A stretch of 59,392 nt of DNA, counting the filler, from Sphacelaria rigidula (lineage: Eukaryota), in assembly GCA_964200075.2 (NCBI GenBank). It is 8 parts of 8 records of this genome, joined end to end, with 100 filler letters (N's around TTAATTAATTAA, not from the genome) between each part and the next. Parts side by side here need not be neighbours in the genome. Positions count along the whole stretch, not along the records: positions 7,438 to 14,774 come from CAXNAA020015376.1; positions 14,875 to 22,211 come from CAXNAA020015377.1; positions 22,312 to 29,648 come from CAXNAA020015378.1; 5 more parts are not named here. The stretch is one strand, 5' to 3'. Of the stretch, positions 11,134-22,862 are shown piece after piece (position 1 is the stretch's first letter; the number at the start of each line of letters is the position of its first letter). The notes beneath the pieces were generated by a model that did not search any database, was not told the DNA's origin, and saw nothing but the letters and a program-made list of their open reading frames with translations. A program made the position numbers and the translations under genes.

Positions 11134-13158
11134 ACGGTGTTGGGGATAGTGTCCACTGGGCAATTGTTGTTCATTTTGCTCTCGGTTTTGCGGTGGAGAT
11201 CGTTCGGGGGCTCTCTCTTGCCGCAGTTTGCGGTAACCAGTGCAGATAGTGCACGAGGTGCAGTAGTTAGCTGAAGTTTTTAGTATCTTGATGGGTGATC
11301 GAGTATAGGTTTCTTCCCTCTCGTGTCGTTGTCTGATTTAGTTCTGTTTTTGTTTTCACCTGTGCTTTTTGTGTGGTGTTAAGTGTGTGTTTTTTTCTTG
11401 CCTCTGTGTTTCCTTCTCGTGCCCTGTGTGTTTGGTTGCTGCTAACGGTGAACGAAGCGGAGTTTTTTCTTTCTTTTCTTTGGAGTTCGAGCAGGTCTGG
11501 CTTGTACTGTAATCTTAACACGAAGAGGGTCGTATGTATTCACCTTAGTCGGTTTACGCCAATCATTGCGTACCTTGTCGCATTTTTAACTCTTGGGTTC
11601 GGCGTGTACGAATCATCTGTTCGTCGACGCATCCGAGCGCCTCGCGGTACAGCGGTCGGGATAAGTTTGGTCGGGAGTGATTGGCTGGGGTCTCCGGGCG
11701 TGGAATGCAATGGCATAGACGTTGATTTGTTTTTGTGCATATGTTGGAGTACTCTCATTTTAGTGCTCACCGTGTGGTATTGTGTTCGGTGCGAGGTAGT
11801 TCGTTGCGGGCATCTTGCGGCACCCGTTTGGGGGTGTACGAGCCCCCTCCTGCCGTAACGGCGCGCGGGGTGCAACTATTCCATGAATCAATATAATAAT
11901 ATCACATAAATCCTCACGCTGATTTTACTGCCATCATGATGACGATCGATGATCATCCCGAAGTTGTAGTGGCGGAGATATAATATGCACATTAATGGAT
12001 TTCCAATGTCCGACAAAGCCTTGGTTGGTGGTCGTCGATTTTTGTTCAAGCCACAAGACGAACGATGTGTCGGTTGCGTGGGCGTCGAGCTGCGAACGGT
12101 GCGGTACTGAACCATTTTTCGGCCGATCAGAGAAAACTGCCAGTACTTCTATTTCCCCCTCTACTTGTCATTAGAAGCTAGGTTAATTTTGCAATGTTGT
12201 ACGGCGTGATGTGCACGTGTTCTATTCCTTGCGTGTGGAAACATTTCTATGGTGCATGGCAAGATCACTCCCTTGGGCGCCGGATGCCGCCAACAACCGA
12301 CCTGAGATCCACCTGTCATCGAGATAAAGACGGATTTTACGAGGAAGGATGAATCACTGATTTAATCAAACAAAAATTTATATGTGGCTGGCAGCGGCTG
12401 CTGACCGTGGAATTACTTCATATCGTGTTACCATTGGGGGTGGTGCTCGCAAACAGTCAACAGCTGCTCAGCTGGAGCGATGGGTACTAGAAGTGTCGGA
12501 GGTGGGTCGGCGATGCTACCTCAAAACAAGATCTGGCGCGCATCCCCCGCGGGTCAAGCACACGGACGGATGACTTTTCTTCCCGACAATCCACGATTGA
12601 TTGATTATTGTGCGTAGTCGAGATATGAGTAACTGATGATCAGGACGACGTCCGTCAAAAAGCTTTCCAGTACGGCGGTGGCGAAGATGCACTGGACAAG
12701 CGGTGAAGAGCAGGTGTTTTTGATCAAAGGCACTCGAGAAATATATACTACTCGACGACACCCATCCACCTCCACCCCCATCGACCGACTTGGATATGTA
12801 CGGACCGCAACATCCCATCTCAAGGGTCTCGACCGCGGGTCTGAAATCGAGGACATCTATAGACGAAGAAACGAAACTGCTGCAAACTGAAGGCCTGTGC
12901 CGTATTGTGTAGCAGCTGTTGTGGTGTCGAATCCACGTAGCCTGGTCTACCACAGCACCTGCGGTGTAACACACCTGAAGTGGCTACTCTTTTTACTGCT
13001 TGTGTTCCCTGGTAGGAATAAAAGAGCGCATAGCACCGTCCTGCATTGCGCCAGCCGGCAGCTCAAGAACTGAAGTGCAGAAACAGCCAGTACATACGGT
13101 AGTTTCGCCGCGTCACGGGTCTGGAGATTGAGCACATAGCCGAGACTGATAAGAAAGG

Positions 13159-13290
13159 ATGGGACCTCCGGCGCATCTGAAGCCTAAGCACAAGGGCAAG
13201 GCGTTGCTGGCAGGCGGAATATCGGGGGTAGTGGAGATCTGCATCACATATCCACTCGAATATGTCAAGACCACTCGCCAACTCAGCAAG
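13159..13290 (+). CDS. Mitochondrial citrate/tricarboxylate carrier-like protein (SLC25A1/CTP1 type), exon 1
   Basis: Manual translation [44 protein letters not shown], then a GT donor. EICITYPxEYVKT is characteristic of citrate-type MCF carriers. Too short for the ORF track. Confidence 0.88.
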
Positions 13291-14133
13291 GTGTGGCACA
13301 GTTCGTAATGGAGGAACAGACGGGACACGAGTAGCAGCTCAGTCCGTAGATCATATCGCACATTTTTCACCCGTGACATTGTACCCAAGACTGAGATAGG
13401 GGTTTGAAGAGGAAGCGTGGTGGTGGGCGTCTCCCTCGAGTTTCTGTTGTTACACCGTGATTATACTGTCCTGTACTATTACGGTGGTGAAGATATCTAC
13501 ACTGTTCTTGTGTGTTACCCTAGTCGCTTTCTTTCTGCATTTTCGATGCCATGGTACCATGCCGTAGTCTTTCCCGTGATTTTTGCTGCTGTTTCGATAA
13601 GAATTACGTGACGTGATTGCTGCTGAAACGTAACGTAAACCGCGTGCCACGGACAACCCGGCGACACTGTAATGTGGCAGCTGTAGTGTTGCCGCTGTAG
13701 TGACTGCCTTCTTCCTGCGGTGTGTATTACTGACTGCTGCAGCACATGCACCTCGCACATAAGTCGCCGAAAACGCTCAAAGACTTCTCCAATAGTCGGG
13801 CAAAAAATCAATCCTACGGTCGGAATGGTCAGTGTCATTGCACTACACAAAAAGATGGAGAACATGTAGTTGCTGCAGTCACAAACTATCCATGAGAATA
13901 CAAACGATGGCCGCGTTTCAGCGCCCAGCACTGCACACCGCAACTTATGTTCGGCCATGCTGAATCTCCCCCTCGGATTCATCATACTACAAGTACTCCT
14001 CATTCCCCCCCCCCTCCCGGGCCTGAATAAGCGACATACGGGATCACGCTTGAGGGCATCTAAATAACGGGCATGATCATGCCTCAACGGCAGAGCTCGG
14101 GAATGGTGTGTCGAACGTTGTGTCACACATTAA

Positions 14134-14774
14134 CTCTTAGACAGCGATCCCCCCCCGCGGGTGGACTGATTTGGACTATGCCCCATTTGGGGTTCAAAAC
14201 TGCGCTTTTCTCGCCACGCAAAACGCCTTTTTCATGAACATGTGGATATTTGTCATTACATAAAAAATGATCCCAGAGAGCCCCTGACCAGCTTTGACCC
14301 TGCAGTCAATTGCGTGCAGTATCAGTATGTATGTCTGCTCTATGTTTTCACTGGATTCAACGACAAGATACAGTACAGTATAAGTGTGCCATCGCTCTCC
14401 GCTCAACACAATTTACTGCATGCTGCTGGTGCCTCTGCCTAGTGCTCAACAACAGCACTACAGACAGTCTGAAGCTATGCTGGTAGCACATGAGGGGTCA
14501 GGCAGGCGGCGTACACCACAAGTAGAATACAAAACAAGTTATTTGTATCCATGTAATCTTTGCTTGATTGCCCATGACAAACGTGAGTCGTGGGGGTAGA
14601 CAGCAAATTAGTCCAATTTAGTCCACCCGAACCGGAACAAAAGTGCACATTTTGACGACCGCGATTGGTCAGAATGGGCATCCCGCACATCTCGGGCCTT
14701 GCGCACGGCTCATAATTTTCCGCGGGAAACTTCTAGACATACATGGTTGACTCCGTGAGCTTTTCCAATGCTCT
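14134..14774 (+). mobile_element. Non-autonomous piggyBac-type element, truncated by scaffold end
   Basis: TTAA followed by CTCTTAGACAGCGATCCC; colinear with 48200 to about 48930. Confidence 0.75.
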
Positions 14775-14947
14775 NNNNNNNNNNNNNNNNNNNNNNNNNN
14801 NNNNNNNNNNNNNNNNNNTTAATTAATTAANNNNNNNNNNNNNNNNNNNNNNNNNNNNNNNNNNNNNNNNNNNNTGTACGTCGGGGGGTCACAACAGGGC
14901 GGCAGATGACTCGCGGTAGGGTGTGTTAAGGGGGACCTGGGGGTACG

Positions 14948-15017
14948 GGATTCATTTGTTGTTTGCCTCAGTCGTTTGATCATTTACCGCGCATCCCTTT
15001 TGAAACGGAGCATCGTG
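14948..15017 (-). repeat. Family A repeat
   Basis: Reverse complement CGATGCTCCGTTTCAAAAGGGATGCGCGGTAAATGATCAAACGACTGAGGCAAACAACAAATGAATC; C-rich tracts on both sides on the minus strand. Confidence 0.75.
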
Positions 15018-15032
15018 GGGGAGAAGGGGGGA

Positions 15033-18000
15033 GACTAGCGGCCCAAAACGAGCAGACAGGGACCAAACCGTAAACGGGAAAAAAAGTCAAGCAAGAGAGA
15101 ACAGAAGTGAAAACGATGGAGAGAGAACAATAGGCAAAAGGAGAGTGGATAGTGGCGGGAAAAAGAGGCTGAGAATAGGATCGTGGAACGTCTGTGGATT
15201 CGCCATGGAAGAGCACAGACCGGAGATGACCGAATAAACAAGTGAGCGCAGCCTAGATATAGTGGGAATCCAAGATTCACGGGAAAAAGATGAGACGGAA
15301 AGAGGATGCAAAGTTGGAGAGTACGCATGGATAGTGAAAGAGAGAAAGAGACAGAAGAGATAGAATAGGGGAGCGGGGGCAGTAGGATTCCTTGTCAAGG
15401 GATACCTGTGTGACATGATAGAGTGTTCCAAGACACAATGTTCGACGAGAACATGTGGGTAAGGGTACTAGGAGAGCGTGGACCGAAAAAGCTTTTCTTA
15501 GAGAACATGCATATGCGCCCAGGGCCGAAGAGGACGGTAAACGATATACTGAGGAAAAACGGACAGACTGAAGCAGAAATGTAAAGGGTAAGGAGAAGTA
15601 ATGTGAGTGGGAGATTTTAGTGCAAGGATTGGAAAAGTAAGCGAACCGAGCGATATCATTGGGTGATACGGGGAAACGAAGAAGCACATGAATGGGGTAG
15701 AGATGGTGAAGTTCCTTAGAAATGACGAGGTGAAGGTGTCAAGCAATAGAGTGAAAATGCCGGAGATCTGGAATGAACTGGACAACGCATACAGAAGAAA
15801 GCTCCATTCTTGGCTGTATAATAGTATATTATGGAAGTAGAAAGGGAACGGAGGTACGTGTAAACGCAACGGACGTAGGAACTATAGATCATTTCCTAAC
15901 ATGGGCAAATAGCGGAGAGGCGACACTTATAAAAATATGCAGGGTGGGAAGCTGGACAGATGGAGAATAGATGAACAAGAAATATCACAAAAACAGCAGG
16001 AGTTCCAAGAAGAGATTATCACGAATGCAGCGATAATTTCCGAGTCGTTCGAAAGCGTAGGTAGCGTCAATATCGAAATAGAAAGGGATCGGGCAGGGGC
16101 AAAGATTGTAGAAGGATGGGCGCAGTGGTCAAAACCACAGCAAGGAACGCTCTAGGGGAAAGACTGATCATGTGCAACAGAGCAATTGAATAGTGGGACG
16201 AGGGAGTAAAAGAAGCTACAGCGGTAAGAAGGCAGGCCCGCGCAAGATATACATCGAGAAAGTAAAGACTTCGACGGTGGGATGAAGCAAATGTGTGTAA
16301 GGATAAAAGGGAAACTGGGCAAACAGGCAGGAGATGTAGATGAGGGGATAGCCACACTAAGAGCACAGAACGGTAAAATGGTTGGGAGTTCGAAGGAAAA
16401 GTAAGAAGTATACTAGTAGAGCACAACCGATAGCCAGGAACACCAACAACTAACATGAGATCATACGCGGAGTTCGAGAAAGAAGTCAAAACGCGCGGGA
16501 AGATGCAAATGAAAAGGACTCAAAAACAAGAGATAGTGGTTCAAAAGAATTGCAGAGGGAGTGCACAATAGAGGAAGTAAGCGGGTTTGTAGCTGAACTC
16601 AAGGATAGGAAGACAATAGAGACAGATGAAATAGTTAATGGGATTATGAAGTATAGGGGAGAGGGAAGAGGAGAAGGAATGATTACCGTGACGGTCATGT
16701 TAACTTGGATCTGGGAAACGAGCGCACAGAGGTAGAGAGAAGGAGTAGTAGTGAGCCTTTTCAAGAAACGAGACAAGGCTGACCCGGGTAATCATAAAGG
16801 GATAACGCTACTAAGCACCGTGAGGAAAACATTAGCCGAGATTCTGAACAACAGAGTGGGGAAAATGCTGGAGAAGGAAGAAAAATCAGTGACCGGACAA
16901 AAGCGTTTAGACCAAACAGCAGCTACTTTGACTGTGTATAAACATCATGCAATATTATTCAAGGTAGGAAAGACGCAGCTAACAACGCACTATTTCTTTC
17001 TAGACGTACAGAAGGCCTGTGACACAGTTTGGAGGGGTGGGCTGTCTGTGGAAGAAGATGTGGGAAACTGGGATCAGATGCGGAGAATGGCGAAGGAGAT
17101 GATAAGAGTGTGCGAGAAGTGCTGTGATGCTAGGCGGGGAAATATCGAGATGTGTTGATACCATACAAGGAGTTGCACATGGATGTACGTCATCACCCAC
17201 CTTGTCCAAGGTATTTATTAACGACATAATATTAGCAGTAGAAGCAATAAATCGAAGAGTCAGGGTGGGAGAAGATACGGTCGGGTGATCGACTTTCGCG
17301 GATGATTTTGTCGGGATATCAGAAACAACAGAAGGGCTGCAGAAACGAACAGAGAAAGCGCTAGAAAACGCTAGGAAGTGGAGCGTGGCAGCGAAGGCAA
17401 CAAAATAAGCTGTAGTTGTACATAACGAAGATAAGGATAATCCAGTAAAATTCAAATGGAAGTGAGGAGTAGATAAATTGGCGATCGTAGGTCAGTATAC
17501 GAACCTTGGTGTAGAAATGTAAAGAAAACTGTTCTTGGGATTTACGCATAGATAAAGTAATGGGAACGGGTAGGCAAGATAGACATGATCCTAAGAGATT
17601 CTCACCTCGATGCTAGGGGTAAGAGATTTATTTGTTGAATGTGATTTACCGAAGCTAGAATATGCAGGAAACGTATGGGAAGGGAACGAGAAGTTGGTGA
17701 AGCGGCTGGAAACAGTACAAAAGGCAGCAGCTACGAAAATACTTGGATGCTCAAAAGCGACGATAATTCGGTACCGAGGGCAGAATTGGGAATATATACA
17801 CTCAAAACCAATAGAGACCTAAGAAAAATTGAAATGGCAATATAACGAAAGAGATCGCCAGCCACAGTTGATAGGGCTGTATGGAAGGAAGTAACGAAAG
17901 GGCAGGTTGGCGTAACGTGGGATAGCGTCGTCGAGAAAGTATGGAAGGGAATAGGAGGAAACCGAGATAAGATAATGTCCATCGGTGAATGTGCGGGGTA

Positions 18001-18594
18001 CAAGACAAAAGCAAAAGACATTATGGACATAAGGGGGAAAACAGGCGCTAAGAGAGAAAGCGGGGGCGGAAGAGCACCTGAAGATATACGAGAGGTTGAG
18101 AAAGGGGGTAGTGACACGGCCCAATGGGCTACGCGAAAAAGTTGAAAGTGCGATTTCGGGTGGGGGACCTGGACCTGCCCGAAAAAAGGTACACTCGTAG
18201 TCGGATGGAGAAGGAAGTAGATGTACAGAACTTGCCCTGTCGAAGAGCGGTGGAGAGCAGAACTCATAAAGTGGGAGGACGTGAGCTATGCAAGGGGAAA
18301 CGAGACGTGTTAGAAAGGGAAATGTGCGGAAACCAAACGAAGGTGGCATGAAATCGTTCGATACGTGAAATAGTAGCGAGAAAATTACCGCTATACTAGG
18401 AAATAGGTGGCGACCACACACGTCGAAACGGGAAGGAGGTGAGATATGTTAATGGTTCTTGTGTACTGCATGGAAGGAACGTAATGAGCGCCCACATGTC
18501 AGGGGTGTCTCTATTAGGCGTAGGAACGGCCCTTCGTCTCGGAAGGGATACGCAGTCAATGGTCAAATGATAAAGGCAAGCAAAGAGTGGGCAC
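15033..18594 (+). mobile_element. Degenerate non-LTR retrotransposon (LINE): AP endonuclease plus reverse transcriptase, many stops and frameshifts
   Basis: APE motifs IGSWNVCG (~15175), GAVGFLV (~15378), VGDFSARIG (~15608). RT motifs DPGNHKGITLLSTV, FLDVQKACDTVWR, GVAHGCTSSPTL..VFINDI, FADDFVG (~17295), PKLEYAGNVW. The 3' end is the family A module plus C tract. Confidence 0.9.
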
Positions 18595-20063
18595 GCCCCC
18601 CCTCTCCCTCAAGCGCGGGGTGATTCACGATTCCGTGCGTGTCAAAAACTTTGGAGGGACTTCAGCTTCTTTCAGCTTCGTGCTCGGGGCTGAGAGTCGC
18701 GACAAGGGTTTCATCCCCAAGCCTGAGTGTTCAACCCTCAGCGAATCGAGTGATAATAGCACTGCTCTTCCTCCGACCCTCTGTAAATAATGTATTGACT
18801 TCGCTATAGAGACCCACACTGACAGCGAGATGGACGCTCGACTATTTGCTCGTGTCTCGAGTTCACTCGCAGCCTGGAGCGCTCCGAGCATATCACCTCG
18901 AGGAAGCTCTTGAGCACTGAGCGTCACTTCCACCTGACCCCGTAAGCACTGAAGAGCTTCACGTCGTTGTACTTCCGTTCCCCCGTTTAGACAATGACAT
19001 CATAGTTGACGGTTTTGTAGCGTCAGCCTTGCGATGCTCTCATGGATACATGAGCTCGTTGTCTTCTTCGCAACACAAGTAATAATACCGAAAAGGGGTG
19101 ACGAGCTGTCACCGCAAGTTGATGAGGGAGCGATAGATTGCGACTTTGTTGGATATCAGGGATGCCGTGACGGAAGGAAGCCCAAAAATGATTCGTTCGT
19201 GGAACCGACGCGAACGTTTCGTTTTCTTCTTTTGATTGGTACCCGGAAAAAAACTGGAACAAGGAGCAGGATGCGCGAAAAACTGTAAATAAATAGTTGG
19301 GAGGAGAGAGAGAGAGGGATGGCCCTTTGACCGCGAGGGTGGGTCATACGTTGAAACGGCATGTTGGAATCTCCATCGGGAATAAAGGAGCAACAAGACA
19401 CGTAAAGGGCACAGTATATAAAGAAAAAAACAATCAAATCCGTCAGTCAGTCAATTGTGCTTCTCGTGGGCAAAATCAATCGCCAATCAATTACGATAAA
19501 GTAGCGTCAACGTTTTCGCCGCGTGTATTCGTAATTATGAACCTAATGTAGCCGTATGTAATCTGTATAGGGAAAGCAGCGCCATTTTACCTTATTGTGG
19601 GTGACAGTATACACAAGCCCCCGGATTGATTCATCCTGCACAACGCGCCATCGGGTTCGTAGAGCGTCCATTCGTCCACCAGGCAGGCGAAGCAACACGA
19701 GGAACCCCCGAACGCAAGAGAGCACGGGCAGGGAAACCGGGGCAAACGATGGCGGCGAAGAGGAACAGCTCCGGGGTCCATATGAACATGGAAGACGCAC
19801 AACGCGAAGATATAAGCCTTGTTAATGGTGAAATAAAACAAGTCTGAAGAAGGTGAGCCAGACTCTCGGTAAAAGAGCGCAAAATAACCGACCCAGCAGC
19901 GCACAAAAAAGGCATGAGATGACAAAGTTGGTCATGTGCGAAAGTTGTTATTTTCAGCATGTATGTCTCTCCTTTCCCAAGCAGACGCGGAAGTGTCGAC
20001 AAGTGTAGCCTGACTTCACAACGCTATGTTAATCTATAGATGACGACGTCGAATGAGACGCAT

Positions 20064-20232
20064 ACTCCCTCCTCCTCCTCCTCCTACTACTACTACTACG
20101 ACTCCTACTACTACAACTACTACAACTACTACTGCTACTACTACTACTACTGCTACTACTACTGCTATTACTATTACTACTCCTACTCCCCCTCCGCCTA
20201 CAACTCCTACCACTACTACTACTACTGTTGCT
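20064..20232. repeat. (CCT)n-(TAC/CTA)n trinucleotide microsatellite
   Basis: Directly visible; generates spurious poly-Y/T/S ORFs. Confidence 0.95.
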
Positions 20233-22100
20233 ATTGAGCACGAGCATCAACTGCACCAGGACGGCGACCTTACTCTGTAAACTCTCTTTGACCTCACGTA
20301 CCACTTTCGCGGAGAGCAATTCATCTAAACGCTGAGCTCCAAGGCTGTACACAAACCGGTGAGCGTCCTCGAATTTAGGACCGATGCGAAAAGTCAGGGC
20401 TGTTCAGCAGTCATTGGCCGTCAAGATTTTCCGTACCCAAGAGAAGCGGGTTGTTGGCGGATATTGGATTGCGAAGAGGCGGGGATAAATGGGAAAGGGA
20501 TGGAGGGGAGGGGAAGGGGGAGAGGGTAGGGGGATCAAAGGTGAGATTGGACGTATGCATGCACTAAAAAGCTGTATCCGCTTCAGCTGTAGGAGGACCA
20601 CGTTTGTCAGTGTTGGTGTGACTTTAGTCCATTGGCCCATTCTGTACTACTGTAGATGATACGGGTGCAGAAGAAGGACCAAGCACATTTGAGTGGTCAT
20701 CTTCAATCGCTAATTCACCTGTATTTCCTGAACAGTCATCTTATATCGGTGATACATACTCGAATCTCTTCACACGACGAAACGACACCTGCCTATCGTC
20801 ACATTCACCGCTAGCTAGACAATACCTCGTCGCGCACTCGCGCTTCGAAAAGCGCCTCGTCAGGTACATACGTACATACAGCACGAACGCCTTGGCCTGG
20901 CTGAAGGGAAGCACCACCAGCAATGATGATCTATGCATGCACTACGTGAACCCGAGTATCAGTGAAGACGGAGTGGAAATGACACCACGTACTTGCAGAT
21001 TATTTTTCCGCACATATGGCCTCAGAATTTGAACGACTGATAGAAATGGGTGGTCGTTATCTTAGTATACCAGGTGAGCCATGTTCCCTGCACAACCAGA
21101 TATCAGAGTATTTTTCAACACATTATTTTCATTTCGTCGGGTTTTCTTCATTTTCTTCCCCGCGTGTAATGGTGAGCTTGCTCATCGGGCCGGACTCTAA
21201 CGTGCTGGCACCAGCTTTCACAAAACCGTATTTTTCATCTTCAAAATTGTGCATTCTCGGCGAGACAAAGGGCACTTTGACTGGGGAAACGTAATTTGCG
21301 GGAGGCGTTGGTCTCAGAACGTCAGGGTCATGACCGCAAGCTCACTCTCGCTGGTGCATACGAGACACAGAAAAAATGAACGAATAGAACTCATGTTTCG
21401 TGCAAACGCTTTATAAACCACACTGCCGTATAGACACAGTCACAATCAGCATATCCACCCATCTACCTATTATGACTCGGGAATCATTTTCGATCACCGG
21501 TGGGCTACGTGCTCGCCTAGGTTGATGTTGACCATGACGTTGTCTCCGGTGGGAACGTTGTACGTAGGAGCGTTGTCTGCCACGTCCGGATATGACAAGC
21601 ACGCGTCGCAAGGGGAAGCGTGCACGCATACTTTTGGTTGGTTGCGTAAGACGAAAACAGCGAAGGGTAAAGAAGCGTCGTCGCTGGCGATGCTGAAGTA
21701 GTGAGACAGGGGTCAGGGTCAGGATTGGGGGGCGAGGCGAGGAGCGGACGGCAAGAAAGCCAGCTACTCCCTGAAAGGGGAATATGTCGGGACACTTCAA
21801 GAGTCAGGCAATGAGAGGCGGGGAGGGGGTCAAATGTCGCATAGCGCTGCATGGAGGACCAGTCAAAATAAATATAATAGATTACCAGAAAAGAGGCATC
21901 CCTCTATCGTGGCAAGATCCCGGGACTATCGCGATGAAAAGGGGGAAAGAGCGATATACCTTGCCCGGCGACGAGAACAACTCGTGCAAAGATAGATCAC
22001 TTTGTCAGGTTGTACGTAAGTGCGAGCTACTGTTCTTGTTGGTGCTTGCTACTGAACTGAAATATAGAAGCTATAGAGGATATCTATATACACAAGTACA

Positions 22101-22171
<71 letters not shown>

Positions 22172-22311
22172 GCCGCCCCCCCCGTGCCGGCGCGCGCTCG
22201 CACTAACGAAANNNNNNNNNNNNNNNNNNNNNNNNNNNNNNNNNNNNNNNNNNNNTTAATTAATTAANNNNNNNNNNNNNNNNNNNNNNNNNNNNNNNNN
22301 NNNNNNNNNNN

Positions 22312-22373
22312 CGTGAAGATTTTGCCTCCCAAAACCATGCACTTTTTGGGGGGGGGCTATCGTAGAAAGTGTC
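22312..22373. mobile_element. Terminal part of the MITE family seen intact at 57924-58167
   Basis: CGTGAAGATTTTGCCTCCCAAAACCATGCACTTTTTGGG...CTATCGTAGAAAGTGTC is the reverse complement of 57924-57986. Confidence 0.8.
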
Positions 22374-22862
22374 AATTATCTCTGAGGTTCGAATGGTTGG
22401 GAGCCCTCTATCACACCCAAAAAAGGGATTTGTGAAATATGTGAGAGTATGCCACAATTATCATTCCGATGGGCTACAAATATCCTGAATGAATTTGAGA
22501 ACGAGAATGTCCGGATCCATACTCTTGTGTAGCTGCTCATATTAGGCACCCCAAAATGAGAAAGACTTGGCCCCATTTTCGCAACCCCTTCCGCAGCATG
22601 ACTCTCGGCTCGACCGCGCCGCAAGCCATCGCTTGAAATGGGCGTATGGGCAACAGGAATCGAGAATTAAAACGCGGATAAAGAAATTAACGCAAAAATC
22701 AAAATCAACACTCAATAAATGGTTTTCTGAGTTCAAATATAAGTTGAGTCTATTTGTTAGTGAACGTCGCAGTATGTTGAGACAACTCTTTCAACGTGCT
22801 GATCTCGATGCGCCCACTAAGGAGTGATACTCTTGCTACGCTTTATTAATACGCATTCGCAG

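Noticed and set aside
12516..12974. ORFs between RNR1 and the citrate carrier, one faintly F-box-like (FLTDVVLIISYSYLD)
   Set aside because: No convincing motif or splice structure.
3049..13290. Apparent cluster of carrier, RNR1 and second carrier (nucleotide/mitochondrial metabolism)
   Set aside because: The first carrier is separated from RNR1 by an artificial linker at 7338-7437.
20029..20352. Poly-Tyr, poly-Thr and poly-Ser ORFs
   Set aside because: Translations of a trinucleotide microsatellite.
18625..21850. Possible exons after the LINE (e.g. 18625-18933 minus, 19683-19852 plus, 20229-20352)
   Set aside because: Could not build a phase-consistent, stop-free exon chain or recognise a domain.
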